DNA of 63,860 bases, filler included, from Phoronis australis (Eukaryota > Animalia > Phoronida), in assembly GCA_002633005.1 (NCBI GenBank). It is 9 parts of 9 records of this genome, joined end to end, with 100 filler letters (N's around TTAATTAATTAA, not from the genome) between each part and the next. Parts side by side here need not be neighbours in the genome. Positions count along the whole stretch, not along the records: positions 8,983 to 19,254 come from NMRA01001764.1; positions 19,355 to 28,960 come from NMRA01000756.1; 7 more parts are not named here. One strand, 5' to 3'. Below the pieces are notes generated by a model. The model was not told the origin of the DNA. It worked only from the letters and a program-made list of their open reading frames with translations, and ran no database searches. Positions within the stretch are counted from its first letter, which is position 1; the number at the start of each line of letters is the position of its first letter. The position numbers were made by a program, and so were the translations under genes. Below are positions 13,949-23,846 of the stretch, one piece after another.

Positions 13949-14992
13949 CTACACTTGGTCCTTGTTTTGGTGATCATTTGCGATTTTCGTAGCAAGCGGA
14001 GACAGGATTCGTCTACCCATTAGTAGCTGTGCTGGACTTGGCAAGTCATTTGAGATTGGAGTGCAACGCCAGTGCAACAATGCGATTTCAGGTGTGGTGC
14101 CAGACTGCTTGGCCTTCTTGAGGATAGTCTTTACAGTCTTCACCTGGCGCTCTACGAAACCATTTCCCTGTGGTCTCCGAGGTGAGGTTGTCTCGTGGTT
14201 GAATCCCCACTCCATAGCAAATTCACGATAGGCAGCGCTGGAGAAGTGTGGCCCGTTGTCACTTACAACTTTGGACGGTATACCGAGCTCCGCGAAGACT
14301 TGGCTTGTGATGTTTACAACAACGCTGCTTGGTGAAGGAGTAGGTAGCTGTCGTACTACAGGATACTTAGAGTAGTAGTAAACTATGATCAGCCACTGGG
14401 ACTCGTGGAGCTCAAAGAGGTCGGTACCTACAACATCCCATGGCTTTGTTGGAATGTCATGTTGCAGTATTGGCTCCAACATCTGGGATGGTTGATGGTG
14501 CTGGCATATGCTGCACGACTTGGTGAACCGGTCGATATCTTTGTTCATGTTTACCCAGTACACTGTGTCCTTTGCGAGTAGTTTAGTTTTCTCCTGTCCC
14601 AGGTGGGCAGTGTGAAATTGTTTCAGGATATCGTCTTGCAGGGTCTGAGGAATTACGATCTGTTGCCCTTTTAGGATGAGGCCATTGTCTACTGAGAGCT
14701 GATCCCTCAGACCCCAGAATGCCCTGACATCAGTTGGTAGCCGCTTAATCGTCTCTGGCCATCCCATAATGATGATTTCTCTCAGCTGGTTGAGTAAGGG
14801 GTCAGCCGCAGTGCAGTTTCTCAGTTCCTCGATGCGATTCATTGAGAAGCGAGCAGTATCAACTCGGACGTCTAGATCGATAGGTTCAGCGTTGCATGGT
14901 GATGGTAAACGTGAGAGTCCGTCAGCCAAAACGTTGTCGGATCCCTTGTTATAGCAGAGGTTGAAGTTGTATCCCTGAAGTTGGATAAGCAT
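13949..14992 (-). CDS. pol: Gypsy pol: integrase (HHCC + DDE)
   Basis: HTAHLG...CSIC Zn finger, VGTDLF, VSDNGPHF, PQGNGFVERQVKTVK. Confidence 0.95.
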   Translation of the reverse strand: MLIQLQGYNFNLCYNKGSDNVLADGLSRLPSPCNAEPIDLDVRVDTARFSMNRIEELRNCTAADPLLNQLREIIIMGWPETIKRLPTDVRAFWGLRDQLSVDNGLILKGQQIVIPQTLQDDILKQFHTAHLGQEKTKLLAKDTVYWVNMNKDIDRFTKSCSICQHHQPSQMLEPILQHDIPTKPWDVVGTDLFELHESQWLIIVYYYSKYPVVRQLPTPSPSSVVVNITSQVFAELGIPSKVVSDNGPHFSSAAYREFAMEWGFNHETTSPRRPQGNGFVERQVKTVKTILKKAKQSGTTPEIALLHWRCTPISNDLPSPAQLLMGRRILSPLATKIANDHQNKDQV

Positions 14993-16899
14993 CCGCTGGA
15001 GGCGAGCTGGAGCTGAGGTGAGGGTTTGTCAATGATCATCACGAGCGGTTTATGGTCAGTGAGTACCTGGAAAGTGTGACCGTACAAATATGTGTGAAAC
15101 CTCTGGGTGCCAAATACGATTGCCAATAACTCACGCTCAATACATGCGTACCTCTGTTCGGCTGGTGTCAGGCTCTTGCTGGCATAGACAACAGGAACAA
15201 GAGTGCCAGTAGAATCGGTTTGCAATAGAGCGGCGCCTATGCCTTGGAGGCTTGCGTCACAGTGCATGTAGATTGGGAGCTTTGGGTTGAAGTACTGGAG
15301 AAGCGATGTCTCAGAGATTTCGCTCTTGAGGTCAGTGAAGGCTCTTTGGTGGTGTGGTTCCCACAGAAACTCTGAGTCTTTGTGTAGGAGGTCACGTAAG
15401 ATGGCGGTTTTGGAACTGAAGTCTTTGACAAAGCGAGATAGGTAAGTCATCACACCCAGGAATTGCTGCAGTTGCGTTTTGTCACGTGGTTCTGACATTT
15501 CCTGCAGGTCACGAATCTTGGCTGGGTCGGGCTTCATTCCAGTGTGAGTGTACAAATTTCCAAAAAAGGATACTTCTTGGCGTTTTATGCTGCACTTGCT
15601 CGAGTTGAGCGTAAGTCCCTCCTGGGTTGCGATCTCCATGAAGTGTCTAACATTTTCGTCGTGCTCGTTCTCTGTTGACCCATAGATTACGATGTCATCG
15701 GCGATTCCACATGCGCCTTTACACTTCTCAAGGATTCTATCCATTTTGAGTTGGAAAATGTCCTGGCTGACGTTGACACCAAAAGGGAGCCGTTGGAAAC
15801 AATACTGTCCAAACGGTAATTGGAAAGTCGTCAGAGCTTGACTTTCTTGGTCGAGCTTGCTTGACCAATATCTCGACTTCGCGTCTAACTTCGAGAAGAA
15901 TTTAGCGCCAGCGAAGCGATGGTTGAGTTCTTCGACTGTTGGAATCTGGTGGTATGGTCGTATGAGGGCTCTGTTTAGTGCTCGGGGGTCCAGGCACACT
16001 CTTATTGTGTTGTCTCGTTTGGTTACGTATGTAAGCGAGCTCACCCAGTCAGTCGGCCCTTCGATACGACGAATGACCTGTTGTGATTCCATCTTGTCGA
16101 GTTCAGCTTTGATCTTCTCGCGCATAGCGATTGGTGTTCTTGTTGGTGGGTCTACATGACATGGTACGTTAGGCTTAACCATGAGCTTGTGAGTTCTCTG
16201 GAATTTGCCAATGCGGTCGAACCTGTCCGGGTAGAGGTACATCAAGTCAGCGACACTGTGAATGGGTTGTTGGGCTGACACAGCACAGTTCAACATTGCG
16301 ACGTTGAGCGCTTCTAAGGTTGGCAGGCCTAGTATCGCTGGTCTAGTGACGTCGACGATGTATAACTCAGTGTTGGTCCATGGGGAGTCTCTGTATTTAC
16401 ATTGGATGGTTGTGGTGCCATGGCAGTTAATCTTCGTGCTGTTGTAGGCAGTTAGCAGGCACCCTGGTGGGACGAGTGATTCAGGAATTTGGTTTCCAGA
16501 CTTGTCTACGCTGTTCGGAAACATCTGTCGGAATACAAGTACAGGTAATGTGTTCGCTTGTGCCCCGGTGTCTACCTTCAGGTTGAAGTTGTGAGTTCCT
16601 GGGTGGTCACTCAGCTTGATGCGTAGATCAACAAATGCTTCGTCTCGGGCATTCCTTACTCCAGCGGGATCTCTGTTGGAAGTGTGGACAGTGCTGAAGG
16701 TGAGGCCTTCCATAGCTGCACTCATGTTGTTCATGGCATGGTCATCGTGTTTATCGAGACTGTCGACCTTCTGTATGGAACCAGCTTGTCTGTGCCGCAA
16801 CTGGCTGCGACCCTTGGAGTTTGATCTCCCTTGTCGTTTCCTAGTTTTACGTTTTGCTGAGAAGCAGACCGTGGCCCAGTGGCCTACCTTGCCACACAC
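14872..16899 (-). CDS. pol: Gypsy pol: aspartic protease, reverse transcriptase, RNase H
   Basis: KVDTGAQAN (protease); RVCLDPRALN, KLDAKSRYW, RLPFG, GIADDIVIYG (RT); HCDASLQGIGA, YACIERELLAIVFG, TDHKPL (RNase H). Frameshift near 15020. Confidence 0.95.
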   Translation of the reverse strand: MCGKVGHWATVCFSAKRKTRKRQGRSNSKGRSQLRHRQAGSIQKVDSLDKHDDHAMNNMSAAMEGLTFSTVHTSNRDPAGVRNARDEAFVDLRIKLSDHPGTHNFNLKVDTGAQANTLPVLVFRQMFPNSVDKSGNQIPESLVPPGCLLTAYNSTKINCHGTTTIQCKYRDSPWTNTELYIVDVTRPAILGLPTLEALNVAMLNCAVSAQQPIHSVADLMYLYPDRFDRIGKFQRTHKLMVKPNVPCHVDPPTRTPIAMREKIKAELDKMESQQVIRRIEGPTDWVSSLTYVTKRDNTIRVCLDPRALNRALIRPYHQIPTVEELNHRFAGAKFFSKLDAKSRYWSSKLDQESQALTTFQLPFGQYCFQRLPFGVNVSQDIFQLKMDRILEKCKGACGIADDIVIYGSTENEHDENVRHFMEIATQEGLTLNSSKCSIKRQEVSFFGNLYTHTGMKPDPAKIRDLQEMSEPRDKTQLQQFLGVMTYLSRFVKDFSSKTAILRDLLHKDSEFLWEPHHQRAFTDLKSEISETSLLQYFNPKLPIYMHCDASLQGIGAALLQTDSTGTLVPVVYASKSLTPAEQRYACIERELLAIVFGTQRFHTYLYGHTFQVLTDHKPLVMIIDKPSPQLQLASSGCLSNFRDTTSTSAITRDPTTFWLTDSHVYHHHATLNLSI

Positions 16900-17588
16900 A
16901 CCGCAAGTGTCATTCTTGGCGGGGCAGAAGTCTCTGCCGAGGGTGTGGTCATGGCCGCAGTTTCGACACAGAGTTTGTTCCTGTCACGCCCTCTGTATTG
17001 GTAACCGTTCCGGTTTACGGCAGCGACCTGTGGATGGGGATTCTGGAGGGTGTGTAGTTGGGTAACATACTGTGCACATGCCTCGTGTGTACGAGCTAGC
17101 TGTACAGCCGCTTCAATTGTGAAACCCTTCGGTTTGTTGAGTAGTTCTTTTTGCAGCTCAGGGATTGGTGTACTTGCAATCAGCAGTTCCACCAGGCGCT
17201 CGTTTGCCTCGGCGTCAGTGCAGTCACACTTCTTTGCTAGTAGCCGGCATCGGTTGATGAATGTGTCAGTCGTTTCCGATGGTTTCTGGTAGTATTTGCT
17301 GAGTTCCAGCCTGCAAACACGGTGGTTTGTCGCAAGCTCTAGCTGTTCGATGAAAGCGGAAAATATTTTATGTGCATCTTTGCGATCCTCTTCGCCTAGG
17401 GACCAACTGTTGTATCATCGCAGGCCCTCTTCCCCAGTGGCAAGGAGAATGATGGGAACCTTCAGACTTGCCTTTGTGCCCTTGACGGTGAAGTATAGTT
17501 CCATTCTCTGTCGGAAAAGGTGGAACGACTCGGCGATGTTGGGTGATCCCTAGTCAAATTGAGGCACTGACACGGATTGTGTAGCCAT
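16850..17588 (-). pseudogene. gag: Gypsy gag (decayed) with two Zn knuckles
   Basis: ATG at 17588: MATQSVSVPQFD*GSPNIAESFHLFRQRMELYF...GEEGLR*YNSW...LIASTPIPELQKELL. Knuckles CRNCGHDH...C and CGVCGKVGHWATVC. Two in-frame stops and a frameshift near 16980. Confidence 0.85.
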
Positions 17589-17762
17589 ATCGTCGAAGGG
17601 TGAGGGTAGAATAACACAAGATACTGTATGAAACTGAACGTGGCGGATGGTGAGTCGTTGCTTGTCGGAACGTTACGTCGACAACTCACAGAATTTAATG
17701 TTTGTTTACAATGGGTTATTCACGGTTGCCTGATGGTGTGGAGGTTGCAGGTCACTTCCATG

Positions 17763-17774
17763 CCGTTGCCACCA
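17763..17774 (-). promoter_or_regulatory. Primer-binding site, probably tRNA-Leu
   Basis: TGGTGGCAACGG differs at one position from TGGTGGCAGCGG, the complement of the tRNA-Leu (AAG/TAG type) 3' end. Confidence 0.65.
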
Positions 17775-17932
17775 TGTCATGCCGATTATGGCATGTAATG
17801 TTGTAATAAAAGCACAATGATTGACTGACAAGGGCATACCATGTATATTATTGAACTTCCGGCAAGGGGTACGTCAAAAGTTGGATCGGGCAGTAAATCG
17901 TGAGCAGCTATAAAATGTGGAACGATATCACA
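17775..17932 (-). repeat. 5' LTR of Gypsy element C
   Basis: Near-identical to 12054-12211 and immediately followed on the minus strand by TGG-starting PBS. Confidence 0.92.
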
Positions 17933-17953
17933 CAGTGGACATGGGTACCCTTA

Positions 17954-19254
17954 CCCACAGTCAGTCATGACTGATCGTTCAGTCATGACTGATTTGTGAC
18001 TGATAAGTGACTGACCAATTCAGTCATGACCAACCTGTGACTGAATAAATGTCTAACACAGGTGGTGTGACTGAATTATGACTGAATAGTCTTAGAATGC
18101 ATTAGATATGACTGAACATTGACTGAATTGTCTTTAAACTTTCAAAGTGTGACTGAATGATGACTGAAATCTCTTTGGATCACTGAACATAGGACTGATT
18201 AATGACTGAATTATCTTAAACTTTCTAGATGTGACTGAATGATGACTGAAATCTCTTCAAATATTTTACATGTGATCCAATCCACAAGCAGAGGACTTAA
18301 TTATATCTCAAAACAGAAGTGACTGATAATTAATAACAATGTAACGTACTAGCAGTAAGCATAACGAAATAGAAAATCAACCCCAACACATAATGTCAGG
18401 GACGAAACTCTAATTCCTTGCCTTACTTTGTCCTCAACATGCAAAAATACATTATCTGCCCATTGACTTTAATTAATTACTGTTGTGTCATCAACTGTTT
18501 TAAGTACGATACATACAAATGCCATATGTTTATGTTAATCATTATTTATTTACAGAAACCAAGCAGATAAGTTGACAATATCTATACATAGTGAAGGCAA
18601 CAAAAGAACAATTATTTGTACACTCCTTTTCAACAATACAGCACATCCATTTTTAAGTCGCAATTAACAATGGCAGTCTAATACAAAAAGTATACAAAAA
18701 ACAAGAACACTTCATAACAATTGTGCATTTTGTGGAATCCAAAGCTAAAGTCATTTTGCAGAATTGTTCTAGAGCTGACATAGTTGTTTTAAATTATTAG
18801 CAGTGCATGATGACATAAACAACTTGAAAAGACAGCTTTAATGTGCTCTACTATTGTGACTCTCCCTCTAAGGGTAAAAGGCACTAAAGTTAGCATATGT
18901 TGAAGGGGTGTTTGTTCATGATTAGAAAGGTGCAGTGAAACGGTCTCATAGACATTACTAGTTTTGCTTTCTAATAAGTTTTGTAGTCTTCTGATCTTCA
19001 TGATGTATTCCACACAAATTGAAATTAAGTACTTACTAATGATTTTTTCTTGAAGCTGGTCCTTGAGAGATAGATATACTCGAAATATGAGCTTTTTTGG
19101 TAACTTCTTACCACAAGCCGTAATCGTGCAGTGGCCATTATTATCCCCCCCATTCAAGTGGTGGCAGTGCGAACAATAAAAAAAAATTTCGCACATGCTT
19201 CTTCAAGCTCTCAAAGAATTTATGAAATGCCTGTTTTGAAGTATTAAAGGTATT
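17954..19254 (-). mobile_element. EnSpm/CACTA-like DNA transposon relic with subterminal TGACTGAA repeats
   Basis: Dense TGACTGA(A/T) and CAGTCATGACTG repeats at 17960-18250. Decayed minus-strand coding with FFYCSHC...CTITACGK...ISLKDQLQ resembles the Cys-rich N-terminus of CACTA transposases. Confidence 0.4.
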
Positions 19255-19703
19255 NNNNNNNNNNNNNNNNNNNNNNNNNNNNNNNNNNNNNNNNNNNNTT
19301 AATTAATTAANNNNNNNNNNNNNNNNNNNNNNNNNNNNNNNNNNNNNNNNNNNNGAAGAAAATTTAAATTCGAAAACATCTTCTGAAAACGCACAAAAAA
19401 GTGTATTAGTAAAATCTACTGATTTTTAAGTGGTTTTAAAAAACAATCGGTAAACTCACCGATTTTTGTCTCATTACTTTGATACGTGTCTCTTCCGATA
19501 AGTTAGTACCTAACGTGCAGACGAGAACTCCAAATTGGAACGCTAAGTCCCGCGTGGTTGCGCTGCACGCGAAACAAGATGGCGGGCGAACTTTGGAGCC
19601 TGACGAAAATAGGTAACCGGACGATATTACGTAACAAGTTTCAAGAGAGAAGACAATTTATGTGAAATGGTCAAAGAAGCAGAAGCCATCTCTAAATTCA
19701 AGA

Positions 19704-20036
19704 TCAACTTGCCTGGTGCTGCTGGTTGTTCTTATCATGTATTGGTCGCTTTTGTCCACCAAAGTTGCCACGACAACTTCCTCTACTTCCCTGACCACCG
19801 CCCCTGTTTAAATGTTCTGAATTGAAAGGTCTTGGAGGGAATCCCCAAGGATGCATCAGGTGATTACTACGGGCGGGAAATCCCAATTGTGGGTGACTTC
19901 CTGAGACACCCCACGGTCTGATGGGCATCCGTGGGCCACCACAATGATAACCACGCCCAGCCAAAGGGGGAGGAATGAAGCCCCTTGGTCCCGGAGGCCA
20001 GAACATTCCGGGATTTCGAGCGCCTCTGCCTGCCAT
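19704..20036 (-). CDS. Candidate Gly/Pro/Arg-rich low-complexity exon, unknown gene
   Basis: GC-rich 110-codon ORF with an upstream polypyrimidine/CAG acceptor (~20078), a possible GC-type donor CAG|GCAAGT at its end and an upstream donor at ~20448. Confidence 0.4.
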   Translation of the reverse strand: MAGRGARNPGMFWPPGPRGFIPPPLAGRGYHCGGPRMPIRPWGVSGSHPQLGFPARSNHLMHPWGFPPRPFNSEHLNRGGGQGSRGSCRGNFGGQKRPIHDKNNQQHQAS

Positions 20037-20712
20037 GTGTTGCTTCTGGTTGATCTCGTGGATATATTTTGGTGCACTGAAACGAGCGTAACATTATCAA
20101 GAAAAAACAAAATAGTTTAAATTGAACACTTTTTTTAGTCAAAATATTTATTTAAAAGATTTTAATGTAGTTATGATAGAAAACATAACACCTTTGTGGC
20201 ACTATAAATTTTCAAAAACGTTTTTGACAAGTTCCAGATAAACGTATATTGGTACGTCCCGCAGGTGTCCTGGGCATGCGCATTTATCAACTTCCAAGTT
20301 TGTTGCTTGACATCTCATTCAGGATGCCGAGTAAGTTTGTTTATCTTTAATTAACCTTTGATGTTGCTAGTTTTTCACTGAAAAGAAATATTTACTGAAC
20401 ATAGAAAGAGTGAATTTGTATTTGGTTTAAATTTAAACTATTCTTACCCTTTCATTTTGAATTACATTGGACCACGTAATATGTAACTAAGGACTCTTGG
20501 CCTTGCCTGGTTTTGTTTCTGACTGCCTGGTTTGAGTCTTGACATTCCAACCACCACCACGGTACATTCCAGTGAGTTATCAGTGGCAATTGGCGGATCT
20601 AAGTTGTCTTAATGGGGTCAACCAAGTACTTTGATGGAAAAATATATATATATGGCTTCGGTTTTGCTGTGGTGTCCGTTGCCGTTGGGGTTAAAGTCCT
20701 CAGGTCTCTCTA

Positions 20713-22563
20713 GGCAATGACCATCGCCTCTGTTGGCCCGAAGCAGAGGCGATGCAGAGGCTATAGGCGCTCTGTACACCGGAAACTTTTCGGCGAATTA
20801 TGCCTCGCACCGACTAAACCATCAAAGTCACGTTGTTATAAATACCTTTTGCGCATAGAGGAACACCTGAGGAGGTTGTCGATGTGTTTAATTCCTTCCA
20901 ACTCGAACAAATACTCCCGTTATGAAGCTTTTTCTTCGAGCAGTCCCTATTTCAGTTTCCAAAATAGGGAACTCACCATTTTTATACTGCGCACGCTCCA
21001 ATTTTTACCGCGCTCGCTAGGTGATGTGAATTTATGACCTCAATCTTTAAATAGGCCAAAGGTGAGCCATTGCGGTCTTGTCAGTCAAATGTTCGTTTCC
21101 AAAATGCCACCACCGGCGTTACTTGAAACTGATTGTATTTCAATGAATCGTTGTTTGTATTTGATAAAAACAAATGCTGTTTATATGACATTTAATAGTC
21201 TTTGTGCACATATTTGACATTTTAATGTTTAACAACATGGCAAATGCACCGGGCTGGTTCCCGGCAGCACGTACATGAAGGACGGGAACTTCAGCTTTCA
21301 AAGTTCGCCGGTAGGTCCGCAACTTCTGACCTTCGGCCTGGTTAAAAAAATGAAAAAGTTGATTTCACGATTTTGGGAACTGAAATAGGGACTGCTCGAA
21401 GAAAAAGTTTCATAACGGGAGTATTTGTTCGAGTTGGAAGGAATTAAACACATCGACAACCTCCTCAGGTGTTTCTCTATGCACAAAAGGTATTTATAAC
21501 AACGTGACTTTGATGGTTTAGTCGGTGCGAGGCATAATTCGTCGAAAAGCTTCCGGCGTACAGAGCGCCTATAGCCTCTGCATCGCCTCTGCTTCGGGTC
21601 AACAGAGGCGATGGTCATTGCCTAAGAACACCTTAGCCATAGGAGGTTGTCGATGTGTTTAATTCCTTCCAACTCGAACAAATACTCCCGTTATCAAACT
21701 TTTTCTTCAAGCAGACAGTCCCTATTTCAGTTCCCAACATCGTGAACTCAACATTTTTGCACTGCGCACGCCAAGAGATATGACCTCATTCTTTTAACCA
21801 GGCCGAAGGAGAAGTTGCGGTCCTACCGGCGAACTTTGAAAGCTGAAGTCCCCGCCCTCTGCGTACGTGCTGCCGGGAAGCAGCTGTGCATTTGCCGTGT
21901 TGTTTAACATTAAAAAATCAAATATGTGCACAAAGGCTATTAAATGTCATATCAACAGCATTTATTTTTATCAAATACTAACAATAATTCATTGAAATAC
22001 AATCAGTTTCAAGTAACGCCAATTAAAGACAAGTATAAGTGGTGGCATTTTGGAAACGAACATTTGACTGACAAGACCGCAATGGCTCACCTTTGGCCTA
22101 TTTAAAGATTGAGGTTATGAATTCACATCACCTAGCGAGCACGGTAAAAATTGGAGCGTGCACAGTATAAAAATGGTGAGTTCACGATCTTGGGAACTGA
22201 AATAGGGACTGCTCGAAGAAAAAGTTTGATAATGGGAGTATTTGTTCGAGTTGGAAGGAGTTAAACACATCGACAACCTCCTAAGGTGTTCCTCTATGCG
22301 CAAAAGGTATTTATAACAACGTGACTTTGATGGTTTNCGAAGAAAAAGTTTCATAACGGGAGTATTTGTTCGAGTTGGAAGGAATTAAACACATCGACAA
22401 CCTCCTCAGGTGTTTCTCTATGCACAAAAGGTATTTATAACAACGTGACTTTGATGGTTTAGTCGGTGCGAGGCATAATTCGTCGAAAAGCTTCCGGCGT
22501 ACAGAGCGCCTATAGCCTCTGCATCGCCTCTGCTTCGGGTCAACAGAGGCGATGGTCATTGCC
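20713..22563. mobile_element. Two foldback (long-TIR) non-autonomous elements in opposite orientation
   Basis: TA|GGCAATGACCATCGCCTCTGTT... at 20713 mirrored by ...AACAGAGGCGATGGTCATTGCC|TA at 21622 and at 22563. Roughly 350-bp imperfect TIRs. Spacer ~21113-21340 recurs inverted at ~21790-22020. Confidence 0.85.
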
Positions 22564-23846
22564 TAGTCTCACTCGTGCTCGTTGTTAAACCTTGACCTTA
22601 TTACATGATTATACTAGAGGATGTTATAAGGATCCATGAAGTACCTACCCCATAACTAATACACAATCCGTAATTGATTCGCTCCCAAAGAAGACACTGC
22701 CATTTTGAACTAACCGCAAACCCGGAAGTACAATTCATTCAGGAACCCAGGGAGGCTAAGAAAATGCTGTCAGTGCGACTGGAGCAGTGCCTGTTACCAG
22801 CCTGCAAATGGGGATAAAATAATCGACAGCGCGCCTTCATTTTAATGAAATCAAAATACAGACAATATTATCGAATTTGCTGAAGAAATGTAGCGAATAA
22901 ATTTTGATAGAAATTATTTTGCTTCACCCGGTACCGCAGCCTATCGGACCCGGTGCGGATCAAGACACTGGCGAATGGTAAAAGCATTTTGCAAGCTGTT
23001 TTGTGCAAGTAAAATGTTCAAATCCGTATATATTCAAAGGTAGTTTCAGACACTTGCATAAAATTATTGGCTGGTTAGACCTGTGTCACACTGCCGTGGC
23101 AGCCCTTTAATTGGCTTAGCTAGCCTCAGTGCCAGCTACCAGTATGAAGACTATCTTCAAAGTACAGCTTGTTAGTAGGCCTATACAACTACCCTTAGTT
23201 ACCCTTAGGCCTAGCTGGTCCATGGCCACAGCGCTCGCTCAAATGAGGTTTATTTAGAACTTGGGGTCTTCTGGCGAACTTTGCAAAGTTGTTGGCTTTC
23301 AACGGAGATTTTCCCAGACTTTGTATGAGCGCACCAAGCCTAAAAAAGGGGGGCTGGAATTTTTGGGAATGTCTACCTTTTACTATAAGACTCACTGGGT
23401 ATGTTCAGAGCAATGAATTGCAGACGCAAAATTTTGGTACTTCCTGTCTTATAGTGGAATCTTGTCTTGTTTTCTACTTTTTTCAGAGTTCATGCTTTTC
23501 TGACTGAGGCAGACCTTTTCCACTTTTCCAAATAGAGGGCTCGTTCGAGCACATAAGTATGACAAGTCCAATACAAAATGTTATCATTTTGTATTCATTA
23601 AGCCAAAATGATTCAACCTTTTAACATAATAAGTAACTTAAAATGCACAATACTTAACAACATTTAGCATTACAAACACTATTCAACAGCACAAGCTGCT
23701 ATGATATGCAAGTGGACATACCGGTACATGTAAGTGTTACCATGGTGACTGAATAGTGCTTCCTTACACCAGAATTTGACAAGCATGATTTAAAAAATAT
23801 GAAGTTGCAAGAAACAAGAATTGGAGGCTTGAAGCTTCAAAACCTA

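Larger units (their letters stand above)
12054..17932 (-). mobile_element. Near full-length Ty3/Gypsy (Mag-type) LTR retrotransposon, element C
   Basis: Paired ~158-bp TG...CA LTRs at 17775-17932 and 12054-12211, PBS TGGTGGCAACGG, PPT at 12275-12287, imperfect 5-bp TSD CAGTA/CAGTG, and gag-PR-RT-RH-IN domain order. Confidence 0.95.
11281..17950 (-). mobile_element. Older Gypsy element B: 3' LTR (11281-11414), PPT and integrase C-terminus, interrupted by element C
   Basis: TGT...ACA LTR at 11281-11414 followed by TCCCTTTCTCTTT (reverse-complement PPT). Integrase tail motifs PAPRSYMV...RCNRKHI and RSGRTVKP. The reading VPMSTEQLLPSAVSP is restored when 12054-17932 and one TSD copy are removed. 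Confidence 0.7.

Noticed and set aside
20717-22559. Repeated ~106-aa ORF MTIASV... on both strands as a gene family
   Set aside because: Results from the long inverted repeats of a foldback element; no known domain
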